The translations under genes were made by a program, and so were the position numbers. Of a DNA stretch of 64,000 bases, positions 50,199 to 62,479 are shown piece by piece (positions within the stretch are counted from its first letter, which is position 1; every line of letters begins with the position of its first letter). The notes under the pieces were generated by a model. It was not told the origin of the DNA. It did no database searches and saw only the letters and a list, made by a program, of their open reading frames with translations. The stretch is from NCBI GenBank assembly GCA_008632985.1, contig QPGO01000008.1, forward strand, positions 538,979 through 602,978, in the 5' to 3' direction. The stretch comes from Psammoneis japonica. Taxonomy: Eukaryota.

Positions 50199-52189
50199 CC
50201 TTCTAGTTGATTTCAAAGATTCCTTCTCGGATGCCAAGAATCAAGAATCTGCGATCCAAAGGTTGCGAATTTAAGATTTGCAGACTAATGCTACTTATCC
50301 TTCTTTTACTTCCTCGGAACTGCAGCAGGGTGGTGTTCCCTACTTCACGTTTTATTGTGAAAAGGTGAGTGAAAAAGGCGGGAAAGCGATAGCGCAGACG
50401 CGCTATCAGACGCGAGCGGCAAAAAATTGATCAAAAACTCATTACCGTATGAAATTTGGTCAAATTGGAATTTCCATGCCTGCTGCAATGTTTGGGTGGA
50501 CAGGAACAGAGACTAACCTCTAACCTGTCCCCGGCGTTTTGCGGGCAGGCGGAGCAGAGGCACAGCAGCACCAAAAAAGAATTGACGTTTGCTTTTGCCA
50601 GAGTGACAACAACAGAACGGGGTTTGCAGCACCATTGCTGCCAGCAGCCCTCCTGACCCTCTGTTGCCCAACAGCTCCAGGAATGCACCAAACAATCTTT
50701 GCAGGAGCCTTGACCAGCAGCACAGCTTTCTCAAGGTTGTTGGGATCAAGGAGGAGGAGGTGAGGGAAAAAAAACATGTGCCCAGCAATGAGGAGATGTG
50801 GGAGTTGGCAACCACTGTGCCTCAGGGCTGGCTGACCTGTGAGATGGGGAGGTGGTCAGCAGCTCCAGAAGGATGAAGACAGAGCAGCGAGCTGTCATCT
50901 CGAATGCAGCTCTCAAGGCACCAAATGTTGGCAGGCTCTTTGTGACCTGGGCACAACAACCACCAGCTGCAATGGTGGTTGGGAGTTTCTGAATCACAAA
51001 AGGGTCGACAATGGCAGATGCAGGTGATGTGAAGCAAAAACGACATGAAGCAAAAGGCAAGCACAAGTGGCAGCCTTTCTTGTGATTTGAGCACAAAGAG
51101 CTGCCACAGGGCAGCACTTTTGTTCACAGTGGCACCTTTCAAAAAAAAGCCAACCATTTAAAAAAACCTGTTTGCAGCATGTGTGTGCAGAGGGGCGGGC
51201 AACAGTGTGGTTGGCACAGCTTCTGAGCTGCAAAAGAAGAAAGAAGAAATGGCATCCTGCATTGGAGCCCTTTTGATGGCACCCTGGCTCCCTGATTTTC
51301 AAGTGGGCTTCAAAAATGAAAACAAAAAATGATGAGAAGGCAGAACAAGATGCAAGCTCATTTCGTGGAAAGGCACGCGCATTGGAGAACACACTGGGCC
51401 CCTGGAAGAGACAGATCAAAGATTGGAGACACAGCCCAAAATTCCCAGACCTCATGTGAGATTGTTGCCAGGGTTACACCAAATGTTGTGTGCACCACCA
51501 TGTGCAGTTGAGGCTTTCAGCCAACAATGCAAGTGATGCTTGCAACAGCCTTGGAGGAAAGTGTTCACACAGCGCATGTCTTTTCTCTTGACAAGAATTG
51601 CTCAGGCAATCTCCAGCAGGATTCCTCAGGTCTTTCAACTTTCAATGTGGCAGGCAGCACTTGAACATGGGCCCCCCCAAGAAAATCAAAAAAAAATTGT
51701 CATGAGGACACTGCTTGTTGAAAATGCAGCTGTGTGTGCTTGGAACAAGCAGGAGCTCATCACGGGGTGCAACAACACTTGAGACCACAGCTCATCATGT
51801 GTGTGGAAACCAAAAGTTCAGGTGACCTGCTGGGGCTTTGCAGGGGATCTGGTGGCCAGTGGCCATGGTGCAACACAGAAAAGTGGCTCCACCTTTCAGC
51901 ACAAGAAAAAACATTCACAAAACAATGAGCAGGATGTTGCCACATGGAGCATCAGGTGGAAACCCAAATCCCCACCCCCTCTGACAATGTGGTGCTCCAT
52001 CTCCTCACCCCCTGATGTTCCACATGTGAGCAGCTGCATGCATTCACCCCCACTGACATTGCCCCTGGGTGACAAAAATTGTGGTTGACCAACAACTCCT
52101 CAGCGTGGGTGTTTGGGATGAGAGGCCATGACACACATGCCTTGTGAAAAACCAACAACAACATGGAACAGACCACAATTGGTTGAACA

Positions 52190-52750
52190 ACTGTGGAGGA
52201 CAGGTCTTTTCAAGGCAGCAAGCACAGCAATTGGGCTGGAAGAAGACATCAACAGATGTCTGTGCATTGCTGCTGCTTGGCAACTGTCCAAGTCCCATGT
52301 TGGCCAGCGTTGCTGTTCTGTTTTGATGCAATTAGACTCATCAATTGACGATTGCCATGAGCTCCTCTGCTGTGAGAAGCAGAACTTTGCTCAGCCAGAG
52401 CTGCTGCCAAGCATGCTCTGAACCCATGCCACACTGTCCAGGAGCTCTGCTGGGATTTCCTCAAAGGGGTCCTGCCCCCACCCCACCCCATTTGTTGAAA
52501 CAAGAGCATGCAATCAAAAACATCAACAAGAACTGCATCCCAGCACAACAACCATGTCATGACACTCAGCATTTTGGTGCTGCTGTTCAAGAATGGAAGA
52601 ATGATGGTCGCATGATTGTTGTGCAGCATGTTTCTGGCACTGTCAACCCTTGCATTGTTGACCCTGGTGCTGACCTTCCCAAGGCCCAGGCATGCATGGT
52701 TTTTGATGCTGGGATGCTGCCGCCATGCTGATGGTTTGTTGCCAAGGATG
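52190..52750 (+). mobile_element. Ty1/Copia RNase H remnant
   Basis: LGFPQRGPAPTP..AIKNINKNCIP..HDTQHF..VQEWKNDG..VQHVSGTVNP matches Copia RNase H C-terminal motifs. Confidence 0.65.
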
Positions 52751-52756
52751 CACTGC

Positions 52757-54592
52757 TGTTGGAGCATTGGGGTGCAACACAGCTTTTGAAGCATGGACAG
52801 ACAATGTTGAACTGAAAGCAACACCGGTGGCTGTTGGTGATGTGGTGAATTCATGTTCACAACTCTCACCATCAAGATTGGTCTCATGCTCACTTTTTGG
52901 CTTCTGCACCAAGGTGACATGACAATTGGCACAGAGCAGTGTTTGTAGTCCATGCAGCAAGTTCAGGGATCAGTGAGGCACCAATGCAGATCAGTTGGCA
53001 AGCAGCAAAATTCCAACACAAAAGCTGGAAAAGGCTGGCTGGGAAGTCATCAAGAATCCAAAGGCACAATCCGTGTCAGCAGAGATTGTGGCAAACAAGC
53101 TGGCTGGACAAAGCAAGTGAAAAGATGGTCTCTCCTGGAGGACCTTGCTGTCAGGAAGCCTGCGAGGGTTGTCTGAAAAAGGGAGTGTGGCAAAGTTGTG
53201 TTGGACCTGGAAAAATGTCAACGTGGGTGAGGGGACACAACTGAGCATGGAAGCATGAAGATTTGGAGGAGTGGGTGCATGGTGCTGCCATTGCCAAGTT
53301 GGGTTGACAGGCAGATGGACACACAGAGACCACAAAGAAAACAAGTGATCATGTTGGAAGAGTGTTGTTTGGGCCGGAGATGCAGGTGCTGGCAGCCATC
53401 TCTGAGGCAGGAGAACAAACTTGAGGATGGGCAAGAACATCCATTGGTCCAACCACATGAGAGAAGGACAAGGCAGTCTGGAGGAAGCAATGTGATTGTC
53501 GCCACATGAAACAGGACATGATCAAGAAGAAGACAAAGAAGGTGAAGGCATTTGACACAATTGTGGGGCAGTGCATGAAGGCCACCTGTCACAAGGCTGA
53601 AGGAGTGACAGAGGTTGCAAGGGTCACAAAGGAGTGTGACATGGTGGCACCATTGGAACTCTCAAGTTGATCTTGTTCAAAATGCAAATGAGAGAATCCA
53701 CTTGCATGTTCAGGCTGTCAACGCTTGGAAGCAGTTGGCATTCATTTGTCAGGATGAAGAAGAGATGCTTCAAGACTGCTGCAATTGCTGGCTCACAAGC
53801 ACTGTTGAGGTGGTGGAGGGTCCTGTGGCTGGGTCATTCCATGCCAGAAGAAATCACCAAGAAAGAAGATGGGTTCAGCAAGGATGCTGAAAACACCTGG
53901 AAGAAAGAGAGAAAAATTGAGTTGTTGGCAGTGCTGCTCATGGAAGGTGCAAAAGCATGATGTTGGTGCATCTTGAAGGACCCACACTGGCAGTTTGCAC
54001 TGATGGTTGACAACCAACCCAATTTGGCTGAGGAGGCACTGCAGGTGTTAACCACCACATGCAGAACCAACAAGAAATTTGAGGGAATGAGCTTTGTGAC
54101 ACATGAGAAAAAGGGGGTCAAATGCTGGAAATGTGACAAGGTTGGGCATGTGAAGAAGGGCTGTCCTTTTCTCAATGATGACAATGACCATTCATCAGCG
54201 GAGTTGGATGAAGTGAGCTGCGGATTTCAACAAAGCAGTTGCCATGGCATTGGGCAGCATGGTGCCCAACTGTTGTTCTCCTTTGGTCTGCACACACAAG
54301 GCCAGTCAAATGATGGCTTGTGTGGAGGAGTGTGTTGGAACATTGGGGGGTGACACAGTTTTTGGAGCACAGACAGACAATGTCAAAATAAAAACAACAA
54401 TGGTGCTGGCCATTGGTGATGTGGTAAATCCATGTTCATGACTCACCATGAAGACTGGTCCCATGCTCACTTTTTAGCTTCTGCACTGGGACAACATGGC
54501 AGTCAGTGCAGAGCAGTGTTTGTGATCCATGCAGTGAGTTTGGGGACTGGCAAGACCAATGTAGATTGGTTGTGAGCCACAAAATTCTAACA
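52757..54592 (+). mobile_element. Gag-only LTR retroelement (1.84 kb) nested in the Copia remnant; LTRs 52757-53018 and 54333-54592
   Basis: Two diverged direct repeats of about 260 bp starting TGTTGGA and ending TTC(C/T)AACA; purine-rich GGAGGAG just before the 3' LTR; internal zinc knuckle CWKCDKVGHVKKGC at about 54123-54164; no pol; TSD only partial (ACTGC/ACTTT). Confidence 0.8.
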
Positions 54593-56820
54593 ACTTTTTG
54601 TTGTGCACTGTGGCTCTGTGTCATCTTTTTTTTCACGGCAAACAAGTCACTCACATTCTCATCTGGTCTGCAGCCTTGCCTTTCACAAAGCTTCCTTTCT
54701 GGTGTGTTGCTGCACTTTGTGCTTTTCCCCATGACCTGCACAACCCAAACAGACACTGCCTCTTGCAGATCCGGAAAAGGCACAATCTGCTGACTCCGTG
54801 GACTGCAGGCAGGCTGTGCATGGATGATGGTCAGACTGCCTCTCTGTGCAGCTGAGCAGCACAGATCTCCTGTTGGATCTTCTCATTCTCTTCTGCTTGT
54901 GCTCATCATGTTGTCACAGTCCTGGCACTTGGGGTCTCTTTTCCCAGCTCACCCTCATCATCTGTTGGTGAGCCACTGTGCAGGCAGCTCTTCAACTTGC
55001 ACTGCTCTCAGGTTGCAGCTGGACTTCACTCTTTCAACTTGTGTTTTCAGGTTTGCGTCGAAACAGCTCAGACAAAGAAATTCTTTCACCTTTCTGCAGC
55101 AAGATTTTGAAAGACCTCATCAATGCTTTGCTTCCTTCAAACCAACTCAAATTCTCAAGTCATGTGCACTCCCAATTAAAGGCACTTTTGCAGCCACCGG
55201 TGCATGGATTCCGTCAAGCAATTACAGCGACCAAAAAGCCTCATTGTGAGCATTGCCAAATCTGAATCTGACCTCTCTCCCAAGTGCCTCAAGCTCAAGT
55301 CACTAGATGCTTGGGTTCATGGCTTGTGTCAAAGTGCAAATCTATGGCGCCTGCAAGGTGCATCGCATTCAAGAAAATGAAGCACTGTCACTATGAGCGT
55401 AACACGAAGATTCGCAGCGAGTTGTTGCGAGTCTGCACGAGGGGCCCTCACGAGAACTGGACGTTGTCATGTTTGAAGATGACATGCAATGGCCGCACCT
55501 TCTCTCTAGAGAAATTACACCTCCACTTCAATACGAAATCAACACTGCATATTTGTCTTGCAAATGTATGACGGGCGCTCGTCATTAAAATGGAACACAT
55601 CATGAAGCTGCCTTTGCAGCGCTAGTGTCTGCCCTCTCAAGTGGTTCCACACGCCAATGCTGCGTCATTAGAGCTTGATGAGTACGCAACACCACATATC
55701 AAAAGCAGGAGGGCTTTAACGCATACGGTAGTACTAGCTGTCCTTGGACGAACTTGATGGGTGACTAAATGCGCGGCAGTTCTGAATACTTTCTCTTTCC
55801 GTCAGTGTGGACGTTGAAGAGTAAGGAGCAGATGCAGAGAGGAACACACCAGTATTGCCAAGGAAGTACAGAAGCTCATTGCGGCCAGAAGACGTTCGGT
55901 GCAAAGTAGAAAGTTGAACGGTACTAAGTACCCAAGGTTTGCTGAAAAGAGGGAGTGCTACAAACGGAGTTATTGGCCCACGACTCCCGATTTTTGTGAC
56001 TGCTTGCGAAGGGCAACAATAAATGATTGCAACTTATCGGGTTCGTCTGCTCAAGTTGGCCCTGAATGATACCACCTCCCCTCTAATCTCTCTCTCTCTA
56101 TATATATTCTACTTGAAAAAAAGAACATGCACGGCCATGATGGCGCAGGAAGCTCCAATGTACGGACTCAGACGTTCACCTATCCGACTTAGCTTCCAAC
56201 AAAACCCTGAAATGCCTTGCCGCTGTATCAGAGGCTGACCTTGCTCTTGTACCTGTCGTTTAACATGATACACACTTTTTTTATGAGTTTTCTTTATGGA
56301 CGAAATGAGTCACGATGAAAACTCAACACCTTCAATTTCATCTTACCTTTCCCCCATCCCAGATCGTCGGTCTAAGTTCTCTCAAATACGCACAAGTACA
56401 TATCATAAGTAGTACAACGGTAATAAGACTCGAAAAGTCAAAAATCGCGCTCATGGTCTACTTGCAAAGGCAACAAAGAATAATGGGAGGCGGTCGACTA
56501 CTATCACGCATCGGCGGTCGGTCATGGTGTGGGTGTTATTTTCTTGGCGGCAGTCGTTCAGTTTTAAAATATCGTAAATAAATATATATTTATTTCATTG
56601 AATTGATATCCCTCGTGAACGGTTATCTTTTACATGTATCCAAGAAGCGAGAAGTGGTCATTCGCGCGGCATCGCATCCTCAACCCACTGCGCGGCCTGG
56701 GCGACGGCATGGGGCATGATGATAAAACACGCAAAACAACAACGGGACGCGATCGAGCAACAACGGAAGCCTGTGCTTCAAATAGAGACAAGCCATCTTT
56801 CAATACGAGCTTCTGGAGCT

Positions 56821-59800
56821 ATGTCGGAGTCGACCGAGAAGCCAGAGCAGATAGAATCCAAGAATGAATGTCCCGAAACAAACGGGGAGGACACGCCGCC
56901 GCTGACTTCTGAAACAGAAACTTCGCAGGAAGCAGAAACAGGCGAGGAAACCAAAGTGCCTAACGGAGAGTCCAACGGTGATGTCGCTGCTCCTTCAAAA
57001 TCGGATGAAGATGAGGAAACGAAGGAGAAAATCCCTACAGATCAAATTCTTCTTCATAATCTGAGCAAGGGTTTTGCATCGCTCAGCAGACGCCGCAACA
57101 CAAGCACGGTCCGCCCGTGATTTCCGAACGTTCAGTCTGCTCGTGCGCGACCGTTAACTTTATCGATCCTACATCTTCGCTTGTAGCGGCGACTCCCACC
57201 AGCAAATTCAGTATTTTGTCGCCCCTTTCCAAACAGTCAGCGGGTCAGACAAAAGAGGCAGAGTCTGCGTCTGTAGATTTGTATCCAAAGCTCACCTCGA
57301 TACTGGAGCGCGATTATCAAAGCACGCTTCATTCGGTGCCTTATCAGAACCCACGTTCTGGTAAACAGGAAAACATTGAGAACTTGTACATTCGTTCCAT
57401 TGTAACAAAGGCACACGGAGTCGGCGACACATATGTGCCTTGGGGAGGAACTGCTGCGACTCAAGCCTCGCCTGTCAGTGACCCAGCCGAATGGCATAAT
57501 GGTCCCCACTGTCATGTCTACATTGCCGCTTGTGAAGGCTTGGAGCATTACAGGCAAAAGGTTAAGCCAGCTCTGCAGGCCTTTGTGTCGCAGATTGAAG
57601 GAGCTGCCGGATCGCCGACTAATCCGAAAGACTCGGGAAGCTCTCGAAACTCAAGTTCCAGCGGTACCAGCTCTACAGGTGCTCCCAGCGGCAGTTACAG
57701 TGCTCACTATGTGATAATTTATGTACCCATTGGTAAACGAACCGCTGAAAGATCGTCGTCCTCTCCAAATGTCGCGCCGCTGGACCCCGGTGCCGCTTCT
57801 CTTGCGACAAAGCGAATGGGATCACTCGCGTCACGCATGCGGCGACAGATCCAGCAGGCATCCACGCCCTCGAATTCCGATCACGGCCGCTCACACAGTG
57901 AGTCAGCATTGGAAGCTCGTGAAACCGTTTCGGCAGAAATGACGGTTTCTGATCCTTCGGCTGCGCCTCCCCCTGGCCCCATTGCTCATTCATCACGTGT
58001 GGAGAAGGAACTGTATCGCAAGTTTACAACGGACTTTCCGAATGGCAAAACGTGTATAATGACAACACTGATGGAAGTATTGTCTGAAAACTCTGTAGCA
58101 ACCACGTCGCCACTCAAGAATCAAGAATGGAATAACTTTTTGAGAATGCTGGGGTCAGCCATTGTCAGCGGATTCAACGATCGCTGCAGACGATACGACG
58201 AAGAATTACGGCGATTGGATGCACTACGTGCTGCGGCTCGATCACCTGTAAGAAAGAACAGCAACCGCAAGCTGACAAAACCTCCGAAGAATCCATTTGA
58301 TTTGAGTCACTTTTTCTTGGTCAAGGAAAGCCTGGCGTTCACCTACGAGCAAATGCAGTTGCCAGCAGAAGCGTTACTTCAGTACGACGAGCTTGGTGCA
58401 TTTGTCATGGAAGCTGTTGATCTCAGTGAGAATGGTGTAGCCAATATGAGAGGCGATGAGGAGGAGTCCGAGGAGAATGATTACGACGGGCTCGCAAGAA
58501 AACGAAGCTCGAGAAAACTGACTAGTGTATCCAACTTTAGTACTGCAGAGGACTTGGCGATTGCAGGTGACACTGTTGGCTTCCGTCGTCGGCTACGAAG
58601 TGTGCAAGATTTGACCCCGGAAGTTCCATTGGTCCTGCAGTATCTCTATGCGCGAGAAGCATCCCTACTTTTTCAATTGGTTGCACCTGTTGAATTGATT
58701 GAGAGGTCTCATGTGTTTATCCACACTATGTACACCATGTGGATTAAGGGATTGGGTGCCCTAGCTAAAAAGAAGAAGGAGCTCTTGACCCGAGAAGAAC
58801 AGACACGAAGGCGAAATGAAATAGAGAAATGGGCGTTGAGGACGTGTTGGGATGTCAAATGCGCCAGTGATACCTTCTTTTATCCGCCATTTGCCATGAT
58901 GAAGCAGCTATCTGAAGCGTCATTTTTGGAAGGGGCTCGAATAGAAAACAGCTCTGCAGAGCAGTACTCAGACGACGGAAGCTCACAAGGGAAACGGCCT
59001 CCTTCGCAACCCGGTGTTCAGCAAATGTCCGTCAATCCAATTCACCTGGAGGCGGCATGCAAACTAAGCGAGCTTCTCGAGTTTGCTCGTAATCGCTTGC
59101 TATATCTGGGAGACGTTGAGCTGGGAAGCGACAATCCCATACGGAGTATGTTTAAGGGACTTCCACCAGATATGCGGAAGTCTTGGTCGCCTTGGGTATC
59201 CGAATCGGTTACAGAGAGGAAGAAGGCTGTTGTAGGGGTCAACCACAATAAAACGCTGACAAAGTCGGACCATAGCGAGACACGGTGGATGGATGGAATG
59301 TTTGACTCTCCGAAGCAGTTCGAGTCAAAATACGTGGAATTGGTTGGATCTGTTGTTAAGCTGTGTCGGTTGGCTGGAAGGCGACGTATTGCTGCGCGCC
59401 TTCAGGCGGAGAGAGCGGAAATTCACATTTTGCGTGGAGAATACGAACTCGCAGAAAAGGCTTTGCTTCCTGCAGTTAATATATGCGCAGAGGATCGCTG
59501 GGACCGTGGTCACTTTTGGAGACTATTCCGGCTTGCCTGTTGCCAACGCGTGTGCGCTGATCCAGCGGCGTACCTCAACACACTGACACGCTGCTTTGGT
59601 TCGGAAATGTCGTCGGTAGCTCCAACAAAGGCGCTGAAGCTGCTTCAGCAAGATCTTGAAGCTGTCGTTGGCAATGAAGAAATATCAAAGTATCACCTTG
59701 GCATATCGCCCTTTCTTGAAACAGACTTGACGGTTGAGGCGGCTTCTGCCGCAAACTTGGTCACTCCATCTGGCTCGCTGCGGAAAAAGGTGCTGAAGCA

Positions 59801-61454
59801 CTTTTGTTCTGTCGGAGAAAAGATGGGTATTACGCTCCGCATCACTAGTCACTTGCCTCAGACCATTTACGTGGATAGCATCAGGCTTGTTATGGTTGCA
59901 TATGACAAGTACGAGACGATCTATGCCAGTCGGGGTGATGTCGAAGAGGAATTGGTGGGGGCATTTCAAATCATTCCATTCGATCCTCCAACCGTCGTTG
60001 AACCGGGGGATAACGAATTCAAAATCGACTGGGTCCCCATGAGCACAGGCCAGTACATCTTGTCGACAGTTGAAATCCAATGGAAAGCGTCTTGCTTCTT
60101 CTACCGAAGTTGCGCCATGCGAAAGCCTCTAATGGAGATTGATGTAGTGCCGAGCAACCCAACTCAAACGGTCGAATTGAATCCGCTCTTTCTCATGCCG
60201 GGACACACCCAACCCGTTCGGATCACATTTAAATCAGGCTCTGATATCATCACCGAAGGCTCTGTGCAGCTAGAATGCTCCGATGGGCTTGAGGTTATTC
60301 CACCAGGAAGCGATCCAGAGGACGACGAGTGGGGAAGTTCCTGTAAAATACTGATACCTCCTTGTGGTGCGGGTGAATCTGTTGTTCTCGCTACATCAGT
60401 CAGGAGTACGCTGCGAAGTAACCTTTCAACAGAGATTGATGGCGACAAAGTTGGGAGAGCTGAAGATTCTGCGGTGCCGGCCTCCAATGGTATTGTGCAG
60501 ACAATGGTTGCAAACGTCTCCACATCATACTACCACGCCCTTTTTGATAAGGTCAAGGACTCCAATGACACTGCTACGCCAATGAACACAGTACTGGAAG
60601 CCAAGGTGACGACTCTGGACCGACCAGCGTTAACCGTTGACAGTGCGAACGCCTTCCCTTACACTTCAGATCAAGCGATTGTTAAAGTGTCGCTGCACTG
60701 CAATACGCCGGTCCCCTTTTTTATCAAGGAGTGGAAAGTAATGTTTCCTGAACCTATGCGGGTTGAGGACGACGGAGACCTCAATGCCGATCTCTACGGT
60801 CACCCGATTTCAGAGGGTGAGGCGCTCTCCTTTGGGTTCCTTTGTGTGTACAGCAAATCTCCGTTTGAATTGGAAGTTTCGGACGGAGAAGAGGATTCGG
60901 GCGAGGAATCAGTTTTGCGTGTTGTTCTACAAGATGAATTTGGTAAGACATTCAACCAGGTCCTTCCCCTGGATCTCGATAGCTTCTACGAACAAATACG
61001 CAAAGAGGAGGAATACAACGGAACCAAGGGAATCCCGGTGGAACTACGGTGCTCGACATCCGAGGGTTTATCAGGTACTCCAGTCACATTTACTTATCAC
61101 GTGGACACAAGTCTGATTGCAAAGACACCTCGTCGACTCTCTCTTTCAAGGAGTTCAGAAGACATCCGCCTTTTGTACGATATTTCTTGTGACGAGAATG
61201 ATTGGATCATTGGAGGCAAGGTCCAAGGAATCCTGAAGTGCTCAGAGAGGAGCTCTTTTGACTTGGAGTTTGTTGGCATACCGACACGCCCTGGCGTGCT
61301 CAAAACTTTTCCATCGATTTCTGTTGAGTACCAGTCTGCAGAGGCAGATGCGCCACCCATCATGGTGCATTCTGAACTGCCGGAATCATTCACCTCCTTT
61401 TCTATTTTGAGCAATGTATCTCTTGCATATCCCGCGATACTGGAAACGGCATAG
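56821..61454 (+). CDS. TRAPPC10: TRAPP II complex subunit TRAPPC10/Trs130 (apparent frameshift at about 57060-57115)
   Basis: PHCHVYIAACEGLEHYRQKVKP, YDEELRRL, FFLVKESLAFTYEQMQLPAEALLQYDEL, C-terminal WIIGGKVQG..IPTRPG; 1445-aa ORF plus upstream overlapping ORF. Confidence 0.85.
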
Positions 61455-61544
61455 TCAATAACAAGTACGCCATATCTATTTCTAATTGAGCGTTGTTTAT
61501 TCACAGAATTTTTTGTATGAATCGGACGAGAGCGAAGCAACTGC

Positions 61545-62236
61545 TTACAACCAAACGTCTTCGTTGCTGGTCCCTTGAAAATTGTTCGAATCAGTACGAA
61601 TCTGCTCAATGTTTTGTATTACAACATCATCCATTTCATCATCTGGAAAGTATCGATCCGATCCATCAGTTATACCCCCTGTCAGTCCCACATAGGTGAC
61701 AAAGACAAGCGAAGCTAGAACAAGGGCCGCCTGCAGAGGCAGTGTGCGATCAAAGTTTCCAGCCAGATTAAATTCTTGTTGCCGTTCGCGACGATTGGCA
61801 GGAGTCGCTTCCTGCTCCTCAGCCGAAAACAAAGACTTCCCGGTAAACTTTGTACGAGGTTTAGATTGATTCCCGTCTAGATTACTCGTGTCAAAAAAAG
61901 ACGGTAGCTCTGTCTCCTTGTTTGACGGCGTAAGAGTTTCGCGAGAAGTTGTTGCGGGATCACTCTCTTGTCTGTCACGAAGCTGTTTGTAGAATGCAGC
62001 AGCCATTTCCCTTCCCTCTGCACTTGCTGAGTCTTCGCCATCACTGTCGCCGGCACTGCTGCAGATGATGAGGTTTGAGCGACGACAACAGTACCCCAAG
62101 AGTGACCGCTAGTCGAGCTCGCAGTGGCATGCTGTCTGCAGCGAAGCGAATCCACTGCAAGAAAGCCTTTCGCTCTCCATCCACAACACGTAATAAGCAA
62201 AAGGGAGACAATCAGTGCTCGTATCATGAGTGTCAT
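61545..62236 (-). CDS. Probable plastid-targeted single-TM hypothetical protein (frameshift at about 62100)
   Basis: Signal peptide ending AKG-F (ASAF-like), then EGREMAAAFY, EFNL, a TM helix and GGITDGSDR. Confidence 0.6.
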
Positions 62237-62479
62237 TAGTGTTGGGCCATTTACGATTTGTTTGCGCTGTTTACATTGGCAATTCCGACGACTTTCTCGT
62301 CATTCGTCATGTTGTCATGTTGGTTGCTCGGATGGAACGAACTCCGAGCTCCACAGAACGATCAGTCGGCTGAGTCATCGTCATGGCTGAAAATGACGAT
62401 GACGTCATGGCCCCGATTTTATTTATTTGTGCAGGTTCGCGCAAAAAAGTGAAAAGTGAAAAGGCACCACAAAGAAAAC

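Larger units (their letters stand above)
50460..55400. repeat. Second TpA/CpG-depleted decayed-transposon domain
   Basis: Same dinucleotide signature as 4.1-15.3 kb; contains a Copia remnant and a nested LTR element. Confidence 0.88.
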
